A DNA stretch of 64,000 bases. Origin: Mesoaciditoga sp. (GTDB lineage: Bacteria; Thermotogota; Thermotogae; Mesoaciditogales; Mesoaciditogaceae). The notes beneath the pieces were generated by a model. It did not search any database. It worked only from the letters and a program-made list of their open reading frames with translations, and had not been told where the DNA came from. The DNA is taken from positions 3,175 to 67,174 of the forward strand of contig WFYR01000023.1 in NCBI GenBank assembly GCA_015489955.1. The letters are read 5' to 3'. Of this stretch, positions 10,475 through 20,421 are shown piece after piece (within the stretch, counting starts at the first letter, position 1; every line of letters starts with the position of its first letter). Position numbers and translations under genes: made by a program.

Positions 10475-11461
10475 TCACTTCCTTTTCAAAGTGGCAAATT
10501 TCGTTAAAAGCAAAAAAATTCCCACTTCAACGTTCACCTTGCTACGATACCTTTTTTCTCTTACTTTTAAAATCCACTCTACATCGTTCATGCTTGGTTC
10601 TTCCATTTCCACGTAATTGCTCACGTAATTCGGGCGTTTCAATGCCTGCCAGTAACTCGTCTTTTTTAAAACCATAAGATCTTCAACTATTACAAGCACG
10701 GCTTCCAACAAAGCGTTAAAAACACTTAAAGAGTTTTTTGGATTCAACATGCTTTTCAACGCCTGATAAACTTCAACCACTTCTTTTTCTTTCAAAAAGA
10801 GTAAGAGTTTTTCAAAGAGAAATTCCAATTCGAAAGGTGGCATCTCTTCTTTGGAAAGCGCTTCCCTTTTTATAATTTCAACGATAGATGGAACGTCAAC
10901 AGCACTTACAAGTAATTTATCAAGCCTTTCAACATTTTCGGATATGTACAACGCATGTTCTGCATCCTCAATCCAGAATTTCAATTCATTCGCGTTTATC
11001 ATATCGACTTTTCCTTTTTCTATCAAGTCTTCAGCTTTGATATTCAAACTCAAAGAGATGAACCTACTCTTGATAGTGGAAAACATTTGAGAAAAGCTGG
11101 ACGTGAAAAAGATGAATACGGCGTGCTCTGGAGGTTCTTCTGTAATTTTTAAAAGAGCCGATACTGCCTCAGGCGTTGAATTCGCGAATTCCTCTGACAC
11201 GATGTACTTGTGCTTTGCGATTGATGGAGAATAGCTTAAAAAATCAGCTACTTTTCTGGCATCTTCAACTTTCACCTTTTCTCCATCACGATTTAACCAC
11301 AAAAGATCGTACGAAGCGTCCTTTTCTTCAACACTTTCGATAAGTTTTTTCAAAAAAAACCTTTTTACCAACGTACCTTTTGCCTTTAAAAGCAATCGTG
11401 TTGGTCCATCACTTTCTACAATTTTTCTTACCCTTTCAACAACTGCTTTCATACTTTCCAC
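10475..11461 (-). CDS. holB: DNA polymerase III delta-prime-like clamp-loader subunit (divergent)
   Basis: EAVSALLKITEEPP..FIF..TIKSR; yaaR-holB-yaaT synteny. Confidence 0.7.
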   Translation of the reverse strand: MESMKAVVERVRKIVESDGPTRLLLKAKGTLVKRFFLKKLIESVEEKDASYDLLWLNRDGEKVKVEDARKVADFLSYSPSIAKHKYIVSEEFANSTPEAVSALLKITEEPPEHAVFIFFTSSFSQMFSTIKSRFISLSLNIKAEDLIEKGKVDMINANELKFWIEDAEHALYISENVERLDKLLVSAVDVPSIVEIIKREALSKEEMPPFELEFLFEKLLLFLKEKEVVEVYQALKSMLNPKNSLSVFNALLEAVLVIVEDLMVLKKTSYWQALKRPNYVSNYVEMEEPSMNDVEWILKVREKRYRSKVNVEVGIFLLLTKFATLKRK

Positions 11462-11477
11462 GTTTCTGTGCCTTTCA

Positions 11478-11924
11478 TCACCTGTAAATATCCATTAAGA
11501 GGCCATTTATCTTTCCAATTTTGGACGCGTAAAAAAGTGTGGAACGCTCGGCTTCAAATAATCTATTAGATATCTCTTCCAGTTCTTTATCAACGGCTTC
11601 GACTATGAAATACAACTTTGCCCTTCGTTCTTCTATGGAAGTTAGTTCATTCGTCCTATAAAGCCTTTTTTCGATTAATTTCAAGAATTCTTTGACTTTT
11701 TTCTTGTAATTTTCGAAGTTCTCCTCCGTTGGTGAACGAGAAAAATCATTTCCGCTTTGGACTATTTCGTCCATTAAAGTGGTTAAATCTTTTTCTTCTT
11801 CTTCGATTAAAAAATCGGCAAAGCCTTTGTTTTCAACTTTTGAATATCTTCCATGCGATCCCTTTATCTTTTTTTTGTTCTTTATCGAGCGAGAAGGTTC
11901 GTTTCCCATTGGATTAACGCGCAA
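11478..11924 (-). CDS. YaaR/DUF327 family protein
   Basis: YKKKVKEFL, IGKINGLLMDIY C-terminus; synteny with holB. Confidence 0.75.
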   Translation of the reverse strand: MRVNPMGNEPSRSIKNKKKIKGSHGRYSKVENKGFADFLIEEEEKDLTTLMDEIVQSGNDFSRSPTEENFENYKKKVKEFLKLIEKRLYRTNELTSIEERRAKLYFIVEAVDKELEEISNRLFEAERSTLFYASKIGKINGLLMDIYR

Positions 11925-11939
11925 TTCTTGCCTCCTAAA

Positions 11940-12983
11940 TCATTTTTGCTCGAAAAGCTTCTTTATCGACTTAACATAAGGATATCTTAAAACTCCCTTT
12001 TCGGTTATTATCGCATCTATCATGTCGGCATCTGTAACATCAAAGGCTGGATTGTAAACTTTAACGCCATCTGGTGCTATTTTAACGCCTTGAACGTGAG
12101 TTACTTCTTCATGCGATCGCTCTTCTATGGGGATTTCGCTGCCATTTTTTATACTTACGTCTATTGTTGAAAGCGGCGCGGCCACATACACCTTAACACC
12201 GTGTTTTTTGGCCAAAGACGCCAACGAATAAGTTCCTATTTTGTTTGCCGTATCACCATTTGCGGCTATTCTATCGGCACCAACTATTATCGCATCGACT
12301 TTTCTCGTTTTCATAACCCAGCCAGCCATATTATCACAAATTAGCGTTGTGTCAACTCCGAGCTTTAAAAGTTCCCATGCGGTCAGACGAGCTCCCTGCA
12401 GGTAAGGACGTGTTTCGTCAACAAAAGCGTGCACGGTTTTACCGTGATCTAGCGCCGCATGAATAACGCCCACGGCGGTTCCGTAATCTACGGTGGCAAG
12501 CGCCCCGGCATTACAATGCGTTATAACGGTTACATCTTGCGGAAAAAGCTCTTGACCGTAATTTCCCATTCTTTTGTTGACCTCGATGTCTTCTCGTGCT
12601 ATCTTCTCCGCTTCATCATTTAAAAGGGATACGATCTCCTTCGCACTCTTAGATTGAGAATGAATTTCAAGAAATTTGGAGTGCATTCTTTTTAACGCCC
12701 AAAAGAGATTAACCGCTGTTGGTCGTGTGTTGGCAAGTCTTTCTTTAACTTCTTCCATCTTCGCCACACTTAAATCCTTTTCGTTTTCCATCGCCCCAAG
12801 AACGTATCCAAATGCGGCCGAAGCGCCTATTGCCGGAGCACCACGAACTATCATATCTTTTATGGCTTTCGCCACACACTCGGAAGTTTGGCATTTTACG
12901 TACTCCTCAACATGAGGTAATTTTCTTTGATCTATGAGCTCCAAAGTAGAACCATTCCATTTCATGGTGATTGTAGAAATCAA
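11940..12983 (-). CDS. mtnA: Methylthioribose-1-phosphate isomerase
   Basis: VRGAPAIG, RPTAVNL, THCNAGALAT, ETRPYLQGARLT, NKIGTY. Confidence 0.95.
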   Translation of the reverse strand: MISTITMKWNGSTLELIDQRKLPHVEEYVKCQTSECVAKAIKDMIVRGAPAIGASAAFGYVLGAMENEKDLSVAKMEEVKERLANTRPTAVNLFWALKRMHSKFLEIHSQSKSAKEIVSLLNDEAEKIAREDIEVNKRMGNYGQELFPQDVTVITHCNAGALATVDYGTAVGVIHAALDHGKTVHAFVDETRPYLQGARLTAWELLKLGVDTTLICDNMAGWVMKTRKVDAIIVGADRIAANGDTANKIGTYSLASLAKKHGVKVYVAAPLSTIDVSIKNGSEIPIEERSHEEVTHVQGVKIAPDGVKVYNPAFDVTDADMIDAIITEKGVLRYPYVKSIKKLFEQK

Positions 12984-13073
12984 CTTTTTTTCATTCCTTT
13001 CTTCATTTATTTTGATTCGTTTGAAAACAAAAATGGATCGCCTTGAAGATATTTTACCATCTTAAAAACTTTT

Positions 13074-13691
13074 TTATTCTTTTTCGCTATTCATCATCTT
13101 TTCAAGTGCTCCCATTATCATTGAAAGCCCGGTTTTGTTTTCGCCTCCACGGGGTAAGATAATATCGCATTGATATTTCTGAGGTTCAATGAAACTTCTA
13201 AAAGCTGGCGCAACGAACTTTCTATATTGAGATATGATGGAATCAACCGATCTTCCTCTTTCTTTCGTATCTCTTTCTATTCTTCTTATAAGCCTTTCAT
13301 CAGCGTCTTCATCGACGTATATGCTGAGATCAAAAAGATTTCTTATCTTTTCATTGTAAAGGACTAAAATACCTTCAACGATTACCAACTTTCTCGGAGA
13401 GACACGCACTGTTTGAGAAGAATTACGCCTGTAGGTAACAAAACTGTAAGTGGGAACTTCTATTTCTTTTCCGCTTTTTAACTCCCTTAAATGTCTGAAA
13501 AAAAGATCAAAATCAAAAGCCATTGGAGAGTCGAAATTCACTTCGCGGGGGTCTACACCGTCTTCCAGATCTTTGTAGTAATTGTCCATATTCAAACATA
13601 TGGCTTTTTCATTAAATTTTTTTACTATTTCCCTTGCGACAGTTGTCTTTCCCGCGCCACTCCCACCAACTATCGCAACAAATATACTCAT
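13074..13691 (-). CDS. udk: Uridine kinase
   Basis: GGSGAGKTT, NFDSP, VEGIL, RRIERD..ERGR; ATG at 13691 behind AAGGGAG. Confidence 0.92.
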   Translation of the reverse strand: MSIFVAIVGGSGAGKTTVAREIVKKFNEKAICLNMDNYYKDLEDGVDPREVNFDSPMAFDFDLFFRHLRELKSGKEIEVPTYSFVTYRRNSSQTVRVSPRKLVIVEGILVLYNEKIRNLFDLSIYVDEDADERLIRRIERDTKERGRSVDSIISQYRKFVAPAFRSFIEPQKYQCDIILPRGGENKTGLSMIMGALEKMMNSEKE

Positions 13692-13895
13692 TATTAACGC
13701 TCCCTTCATCCAACAAGTTTTAAGTATACAGTCAAATTCTACCACCATTGAAGTGACAAAATGGAAATTTAACGTAAAAAGCCGTTGAAGGCGCATTGAA
13801 ATCGTCTCCATTTTACTTTCATCGTTATCGTTGTAGTTTTTGGTTTTAAATGCGAAACGGATTTCAGTAAAAATGTGATAGAATTGGTTAGACCT

Positions 13896-13932
13896 GGACT
13901 CAGAGGCGGGATAAATCACCCCCTCTTGGTTC
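13896..13932 (+). promoter_or_regulatory. Structured rpsO 5' leader, candidate S15 autoregulatory element
   Basis: GGACTCAGAGGCGGG..CCCCCTCTTGGTTC hairpin between an extended -10 (TGATAGAAT) and the SD. Confidence 0.5.
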
Positions 13933-13955
13933 AATATTTATTTGGAGGTGTCACA

Positions 13956-14219
13956 ATGGATAAACAAGAAAAGGAAAAGATCATCGAATCTTACAGGATT
14001 CATGAGGGAGACACGGGTTCAGTAGAGGTACAGGTAGCGCTTTTAACATCCAGGATTTCCCACCTTACTGAACACTTGAAGACTCACCCAAAAGATTTTC
14101 ACTCAAGGCGTGGGCTCTTAAAAATGGTTGGTAAAAGAAGAAGACTTCTTAGGTATTTGCGAGAAAGAAAGCCAACCGTTTACAAAGAATTGATCGCAAA
14201 ATTGAATTTAAGACGGTAA
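13956..14219 (+). CDS. rpsO: 30S ribosomal protein S15
   Basis: [35 protein letters not shown]; GGAGGTG SD. Confidence 0.98.
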   Translation: MDKQEKEKIIESYRIHEGDTGSVEVQVALLTSRISHLTEHLKTHPKDFHSRRGLLKMVGKRRRLLRYLRERKPTVYKELIAKLNLRR

Positions 14220-14232
14220 ATTTTTTTACGGT

Positions 14233-14257
14233 AAAGAGCGGGGTATTCCCGCTCTTT
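14233..14257 (+). terminator. Hairpin/terminator between rpsO and pnp
   Basis: AAAGAGCGGG-GTATT-CCCGCTCTTT. Confidence 0.7.
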
Positions 14258-14315
14258 AAGTCTAAAATCTAGAATTGGCAAGATATTCATGATGACGAAT
14301 TCAAGAGGTGATCTG

Positions 14316-16514
14316 ATGTATAGAGTTTGGAAAAAAGAATTCCATGGGAATGAACTTGTGATTGAAAATGGAAAGATGGCCAAACAAGCTGACGGGGCTT
14401 TTGTTGTAAGTTACGGTGATTCCAAAATGCTTGTAACGGCCGTGATGGATAAGAAAGCAAAAGAAGGATTGGATTTCTTTCCACTCACTGTGGAATACCA
14501 GGAGAAATTTTACGCTGCGGGAAAAATACCAGGTGGCTTTATAAAAAGAGAAGGAAGACCTAGCGAAAATGCAATTCTTTCCGCGAGAATGATAGACAGG
14601 CCTATTCGACCTCTTTTTCCAAAGGGATTCAAAATGCCAGTTCAAATAGTGGCGACAGTTCTGTCTGTTGATCCTGACAATCCGCCGGATATTCTTGGAA
14701 TTATTGGAGCTTCGTTGGCTTTAAATGTTTCTTCCATTCCCTTTGAAGGAATTGTCGCAGGCGTTAGAATAGCCCTGATAAATGGAGAATACGTTTTCTT
14801 CCCATCCGATGAAAAAGCGGAAAACGCGAAAATAGATCTGGTCGTTGCCGGAACAAAAGACGCAATTACCATGGTTGAAGGTGAAGCCGATGAAGCCGAA
14901 GAAGAAATAATGGTAGAAGCGTTGATGAAAGCGCACGAGGCTATAAAAGAATTGATAAGTTTCGAAGAAGAAATACTTTCTGAATTTGAAGTTGAAAAAT
15001 TTGAATTCACACCTCCAACGCTTGACGAAAGTATCAAAAAGAGACTGGAAGAAAAGGTAAATATCGATGAATTGGAAAAAAGGCTCCTTACTCAAGGAAA
15101 ATTGGCGCGCGACAAGGAAATAGAAGCGTACAAAAACGATGTGGTAGATTCTCTAATGAGCGAAATTGAAGAAGAGGATAACTATGAAGAAGATGATTTA
15201 AAAAGCTTGAAAACACTTCTTTACGATGAATTCGAAGAAATGGTTAAACACACCATGAGAAGAATGATAGTCGAAAAAAACAAAAGGGTTGATGGAAGAA
15301 CTCCTGACGATATAAGGCCCATAACTTGTGAATTAGATCTTCTTCCTCGTGCACATGGAAGCGCACTTTTTACACGTGGAGAAACGCAAAGTCTCGGAGT
15401 TGTAACGCTGGGAGCTCAAATGGATGTGCAGGTTATAGACACTTTGCTTGAGGAAGGCGAAAAACGATTTATGCTTCACTATAATTTTCCACCATACAGC
15501 GTTGGAGAAACTGGAAGGTTTGGCAGCCCAGGTAGAAGAGAAATAGGGCACGGTCACCTTGCCGAAAGAGCCTTAAAGAGGATGATACCTTCAGAAGATG
15601 AATTTCCTTACACGATAAGAGTCGTTTCTGAGATTCTTGAATCGAACGGTTCATCTTCCATGGCAACCGTTTGCTCCGGATCGCTTTCTTTGAGAGCGGC
15701 TGGTGTTCCAACAAAATCTCACGTCGCTGGAATTGCCATGGGGCTAATTTTCGAACCGGATAAATGGGTGGTATTAACCGATATATTGGGAATGGAAGAC
15801 CATTTGGGTGATATGGACTTCAAAGTTACAGGAACAAGAAAGGGAATAACCGCCTTTCAAATGGACGTTAAAGTAGGAAATGTTTCTGAAGAAATAATGA
15901 AAATTGCTTTGGAAAAGGCAAGAATCGCAAGAAACAAAATATTAGATCTCATGTACGAAACCATTCCCGAAGCGAGAAAGAATCTTTCACCTTACGCTCC
16001 GATAATAAACTTAACGAGGGTACCTGTCGATAAAATAGGTGAACTGATAGGTCCCGGTGGGAGAAATGTGAAAGCTTTGTCTGAAAAACACGACGTGGAG
16101 CTTCAAATCCAAGAAGACGGTCGTGTTCTCGTTATTGGAAATGATCTTAAAAAAGTTAAAGAAGCCTTGAAAGAGATCGAAGATATGAACAGAGAAGTAA
16201 AGGTGGGAGAAGAATTTTTGGCAAAAGTTACCAGGGTGGAACCATACGGGTTTTTTGCCGAACTCTTTTCTGGAAAGATAGGTCTGGTACATGTTTCCAA
16301 GATGGGAAGGCACGTTAGAAATGTTAAAGATGTTGTCCATGTTGGAGACAGTGTAAAGGTAAAAGTTACAGGCATAGATGCGGCTGGAAAAATACAACTA
16401 AGTCAAATAACAACCGAAGATGAAAGAGCCCATCACGGTTACCATAACTCTAACCACACCTATAATTCCAAAGAACATAGAGGGAGGCTTAACGACAAAA
16501 AAGATGAAAAGTGA
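14316..16514 (+). CDS. pnp: Polyribonucleotide nucleotidyltransferase
   Basis: FFPLTVEY, GKIPGGFIKREG, RREIGHG, ESNGSSSMA, GDMDFKV, KH and S1 domains. Confidence 0.98.
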   Translation: MYRVWKKEFHGNELVIENGKMAKQADGAFVVSYGDSKMLVTAVMDKKAKEGLDFFPLTVEYQEKFYAAGKIPGGFIKREGRPSENAILSARMIDRPIRPLFPKGFKMPVQIVATVLSVDPDNPPDILGIIGASLALNVSSIPFEGIVAGVRIALINGEYVFFPSDEKAENAKIDLVVAGTKDAITMVEGEADEAEEEIMVEALMKAHEAIKELISFEEEILSEFEVEKFEFTPPTLDESIKKRLEEKVNIDELEKRLLTQGKLARDKEIEAYKNDVVDSLMSEIEEEDNYEEDDLKSLKTLLYDEFEEMVKHTMRRMIVEKNKRVDGRTPDDIRPITCELDLLPRAHGSALFTRGETQSLGVVTLGAQMDVQVIDTLLEEGEKRFMLHYNFPPYSVGETGRFGSPGRREIGHGHLAERALKRMIPSEDEFPYTIRVVSEILESNGSSSMATVCSGSLSLRAAGVPTKSHVAGIAMGLIFEPDKWVVLTDILGMEDHLGDMDFKVTGTRKGITAFQMDVKVGNVSEEIMKIALEKARIARNKILDLMYETIPEARKNLSPYAPIINLTRVPVDKIGELIGPGGRNVKALSEKHDVELQIQEDGRVLVIGNDLKKVKEALKEIEDMNREVKVGEEFLAKVTRVEPYGFFAELFSGKIGLVHVSKMGRHVRNVKDVVHVGDSVKVKVTGIDAAGKIQLSQITTEDERAHHGYHNSNHTYNSKEHRGRLNDKKDEK

Positions 16515-17790
16515 TTTTCATTCAGAAGATTTGAGAAACGGTTCGAAACTTCTTACAAAAGACATGCCATTTTTTAGAACTGTCACCTTAGGAATTGGAG
16601 TTAACGTTGGGGCCGCAGACGAAGTGAAAGAAAACAGCGGAATTTCACACCTTATAGAACATTGTGTGTTTAAAAGAACGAAAAATTTTGATGGTTACAC
16701 GTTGAAAAAGAAAATAGAAAGCGTTGGAGGGACTTTAAACGCTTTCACTTCAAGGGAATACACTCTTTTTTACGCAAAAGTGCCTGATTTTGCTTCTGAA
16801 GAGGCTTTTAACGTGATTTACGATCTTGTGAGTGCGCCTCTTTTTCTGGAAGAAGACGTTGAAATGGAGAAAAACGTGGTTTTGGAAGAGATAGCGATGT
16901 ACGAAGACGATCCGATGGATCTGGCAAGCACAAATCTTCTCAAAGCATTGTGGGGAGAAGATAGTCCTTACGGACGTCCAATAATAGGAAGAGTGGAAAC
17001 GGTGAAAAATTTACATTCTCAAGATCTAAAAAAATTCCATTCTCTTCACTACGTACCTTCCAGAATGACGTTATCGATTCTTGGAAATCTTGAAGCGTGT
17101 AACATAGGAGAATTCGTTCAAAGAATGGAAAAGCTTCAAGATTCAAAAGTAACGGAAACAAAAAGTCATCCTAAATCTACAAAACCGCTAAACGTCGTTA
17201 CAACAAAAAGAGATCTTAAACAGGTCAACGTTTCTTTGGCAGTGCCAACGGTTGAAAAATCCGACCCAAGAAATTATCCACTTGCCATTATAGCCACCAT
17301 ATTGGGCGGTGGAATGAGCTCTATGCTTTTTGAAGAAGTTAGAGAAAAAAGCGGATTGGTGTATTCAATATCATCTTCCAATCAATCCAACAGGTTAAGT
17401 GGATATTTTTCGATAGATTTCTCAACCTCACCACAAAAGATTTTTGAGGCAGTTGACAAGATCAAAAATGTTTTGTCTAACTTCCCAAAAAGAGTCCACA
17501 ATTACATGGATTACGGTAAAAAAAGGCTTGAAGGGAAACTTTTGACTTCTACAGAGTCAACCTTTTCTACTATGTTGATGATGATAGACGATCAGTTTAC
17601 CCTCTCAAGGGTAAGAAAATTAGAGGAAACAATCAAATTCTTGAGAGAGGTAAAAGAAAGCGACATTCTTAAAGCTTTTGAGGAATTTTTTTGTAAAAAA
17701 TGGACACTTTCGGCAGTTGGACCAGAAGGAAATTACGTTGAAAGCTTAAAAAAGCACGAATTCGAGGTGAATCTTGATGGCGGCAATTGA
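16504..17790 (+). CDS. M16 family zinc peptidase
   Basis: HLIEH inverted zincin motif, LNAFTS, LGGGMSS.LFEEVREK.GLVY. Confidence 0.92.
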   Translation: MKSDFHSEDLRNGSKLLTKDMPFFRTVTLGIGVNVGAADEVKENSGISHLIEHCVFKRTKNFDGYTLKKKIESVGGTLNAFTSREYTLFYAKVPDFASEEAFNVIYDLVSAPLFLEEDVEMEKNVVLEEIAMYEDDPMDLASTNLLKALWGEDSPYGRPIIGRVETVKNLHSQDLKKFHSLHYVPSRMTLSILGNLEACNIGEFVQRMEKLQDSKVTETKSHPKSTKPLNVVTTKRDLKQVNVSLAVPTVEKSDPRNYPLAIIATILGGGMSSMLFEEVREKSGLVYSISSSNQSNRLSGYFSIDFSTSPQKIFEAVDKIKNVLSNFPKRVHNYMDYGKKRLEGKLLTSTESTFSTMLMMIDDQFTLSRVRKLEETIKFLREVKESDILKAFEEFFCKKWTLSAVGPEGNYVESLKKHEFEVNLDGGN

Positions 17791-18877
17791 ATGGAAACCT
17801 TTGGAAGACATAAAGGATGGGGACGTGTTGGCCGAAGATCTTTACGACGGCACGTCTTTTAAAGTGTTGCTTTCCAAGGGAACCAGGCTTAACGAAGAAA
17901 TACTTAAAAACCTTGAAAAGAGAGAGATACTGTGGCTTCCAATTGAGGGCAAAAAAAGCGAACTGGAAGAACTTAAAAGTTCAATAGATTTTGACGAAGA
18001 GCTTCTAAAAGTTGAAGAACCAATCGCCCCCGGAATAAAATTTTCAGTCCCGGATGAAATGTACAGAGGTATTATTACTTCCTTCAAAGATCTGGCCGAC
18101 CAACTTAAAGTTGGGGAAAGAGTTGATACCGAAGCGGTTGAGAGGACCCTTGGTTCGGTGGTAGACGATTTGATAACGCAAGAACAATACGTTGTCAACC
18201 TTTTTAGAAAACACGTAAGTGGTTACCTTTACAAGCATGGAATAAACACTTCCATTTTATCTGTCATGATAGGTTGCGCGCTTTCTATGTCCAGGTATCA
18301 TTTAATTCCGCTTGCGAAAGCGGCACTTTTTCACGATATAGGCTTGATGTTTCTCAAGGATCCAAAATACGTTGACATTGGTGGAACCTCTAACAGGGAT
18401 AAATTGCTTCAGCACACAACAATAGGGTACAAAATATTATCATCAAAGGGAATAATAGAAGACAGGGAAATATTGGATGCCGTCTTGGAACATCATGAGA
18501 AATTCGATGGAACAGGGATTCCATTTGAAAAAAAAGGTGACGATATAAACTTTTACGCTAGAATAGTGCAGGTTGCAGACGCGTATGATTCTCTCACATC
18601 AACAACATCCGAGGCTCTCAATTTGAGTCCCTACCAGGCATTAAAATGGATCTTATCGCGTTCAGGTAAAGATTACGATCCTTATGTGCTAAACGCCTTT
18701 GTAAAAGTGCTGGGAATGTATCCAACTGGAACAAAAGTAAAACTGAACAACGGAAAAAATGGGATTGTTATCAGAACAAGTGGAGCTGGTCTTTTGGTTC
18801 CCGTTGTTCTGGTTGACGATGTGTTGGTAGATTTATCAAAAGAAAAAGATCTTTGGATAGAGTCCGTTGTAGAATGA
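17774..18877 (+). CDS. HD-GYP domain cyclic-dinucleotide phosphodiesterase
   Basis: HDIG, HHEKFDGTGIP, RIVQVADAYD, YPTGTKV. Confidence 0.85.
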   Translation: MMAAIEWKPLEDIKDGDVLAEDLYDGTSFKVLLSKGTRLNEEILKNLEKREILWLPIEGKKSELEELKSSIDFDEELLKVEEPIAPGIKFSVPDEMYRGIITSFKDLADQLKVGERVDTEAVERTLGSVVDDLITQEQYVVNLFRKHVSGYLYKHGINTSILSVMIGCALSMSRYHLIPLAKAALFHDIGLMFLKDPKYVDIGGTSNRDKLLQHTTIGYKILSSKGIIEDREILDAVLEHHEKFDGTGIPFEKKGDDINFYARIVQVADAYDSLTSTTSEALNLSPYQALKWILSRSGKDYDPYVLNAFVKVLGMYPTGTKVKLNNGKNGIVIRTSGAGLLVPVVLVDDVLVDLSKEKDLWIESVVE

Positions 18878-18908
18878 GCCTTCGCTAAAGAAGGCTCTCT
18901 TCGTTTTC
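18876..18908 (+). terminator. Intrinsic terminator
   Basis: GAGCCTTC-GCTAAA-GAAGGCTC followed by a T-rich tract. Confidence 0.7.
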
Positions 18909-19058
18909 CTTTGATTTTTCCTTCTTTTTAGAATTGCTTCCACTTGCCGAAAATGTTAAAAGAAACTTATCGAAAAAAATTTAAATGTTAAAAAAAGCTT
19001 ATAAAAAAAAGCGTAATATGATTTCGGTACATTTCACAACATGAAGGAGTGATACACG

Positions 19059-20324
19059 ATGATCAATGTGGACGTGTTATCTTACACTTTGGCAATAGTC
19101 ATGTTTCTTGGAATGATCTCGTACCTGTTTGGTGAAAGGATGCACATTTCATACATCCCAATATTGATAGTTGTCGGAATGATATTTGGTCCGATTTTAG
19201 GCACGATAAACAGAGAGATGGCTCATTACATCTTTGATTACGTGCGTGTTTTTGGATTGGTGATCATCCTCTTCACCGAAGGCCATGATTTGAAATGGCC
19301 ATTGTTAAAAAAACACATGGCTACGATAGGCATGCTCGATACCGTTGGCCTCCTCATAACAGCCTTGATAGCCGCCTTCGCTTTTTCATGGTTATTCCAC
19401 GTTCCATTCGTCGTTGGCTTTTTATTTGGAGCCATAATATCCGCTACGGATCCGGCAACATTGATTCCACTTTTCAAACAGCACAAGGTTAACGAAGATA
19501 TAAAAACAGTCATAGTTACAGAGTCTATCTTCAACGATCCTCTCGGTATAGTTTTGACAACTTTGGCGATCGCATTTCTGCTTCCAAACGCACAAAGCGC
19601 TCACTTCTTGGAATCTTTTGCGAAATTCACAGGTCTTTATCCTGCAGCTGTCCTTTTCTTTCTTTATGAAGTTGGTGTGTCAATAGCAATTGGAATAGGG
19701 CTCGGAATACTCGGCTATTGGCTCATAAGATGGTTAAAATTGGAAAGAACGCCTGTTATTTACGCACTTTCATTGGCATTTGGAGGATTTTTCATTGGGG
19801 AATATTTCCAAGCTTCTGGATATCTTGTGGCGACTACCATTGGAATAGTGCTTGGCAACCACAAAATTTTCTTCAAGAGATTTGGTGAATCTAAAAGCGT
19901 TCAGCAGGCTCTGGATTTTGAAGTCAGGTTTAACGAAATACTTTCAAACCTCTCAACGGTTTTCATTTTCTTGTTGTTGGGAGCAAGCTTGGATTTAAAG
20001 ATCATAGGGGCGAATCTCGTTCTTGGACTTATCATAGCGGGTGTAGTTATTTTCGTTGCAAGGCCACTCGCTGGAACAACACTTCTTCCGTTAAAAAAAT
20101 GGTCATGGAGGGAATACCTTTTTATTTCTTTTGAAGGCCCTAGAGGTGTTGTGCCGGCCGCTCTTGCAAGCTTACCACTTAGTCTGGGCAGGCTTTATCA
20201 CAATTCCCAACTTGTAAGCTGGGGCGAAACTATACTGAGCGTTACCGTCATAGTAGTTTTGACTGCGGTTATAGTAGAAACGCTCTGGGTTGGACCATTC
20301 AAAAAGAAACTCCTTAAAGATTGA
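19059..20324 (+). CDS. CPA1/NhaP-type Na+(K+)/H+ antiporter
   Basis: SATDP, ESIFNDP, GPRGVVPAALA; many TM segments. Confidence 0.9.
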   Translation: MINVDVLSYTLAIVMFLGMISYLFGERMHISYIPILIVVGMIFGPILGTINREMAHYIFDYVRVFGLVIILFTEGHDLKWPLLKKHMATIGMLDTVGLLITALIAAFAFSWLFHVPFVVGFLFGAIISATDPATLIPLFKQHKVNEDIKTVIVTESIFNDPLGIVLTTLAIAFLLPNAQSAHFLESFAKFTGLYPAAVLFFLYEVGVSIAIGIGLGILGYWLIRWLKLERTPVIYALSLAFGGFFIGEYFQASGYLVATTIGIVLGNHKIFFKRFGESKSVQQALDFEVRFNEILSNLSTVFIFLLLGASLDLKIIGANLVLGLIIAGVVIFVARPLAGTTLLPLKKWSWREYLFISFEGPRGVVPAALASLPLSLGRLYHNSQLVSWGETILSVTVIVVLTAVIVETLWVGPFKKKLLKD

Positions 20325-20379
20325 ACTCTCATAGCATCGAATATTCAACGTTAAAGCACTTGTCAAAACAACAGAAATA

Positions 20380-20408
20380 AAGGTGGTTGTACAAAATACA
20401 ACCACCTT
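20380..20408. terminator. Hairpin between convergent genes
   Basis: AAGGTGGTTGTA-CAAAA-TACAACCACCTT, 12-bp stem. Confidence 0.75.
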
Positions 20409-20421
20409 ATCATTTGCATGT

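Noticed and set aside
13692-13934. 81-aa N-terminal extension of udk and 27-aa extension of rpsO in the ORF track
   Set aside because: They overlap the divergent promoter region and each other; SD-supported ATGs at 13691 and 13956 give normal-length proteins
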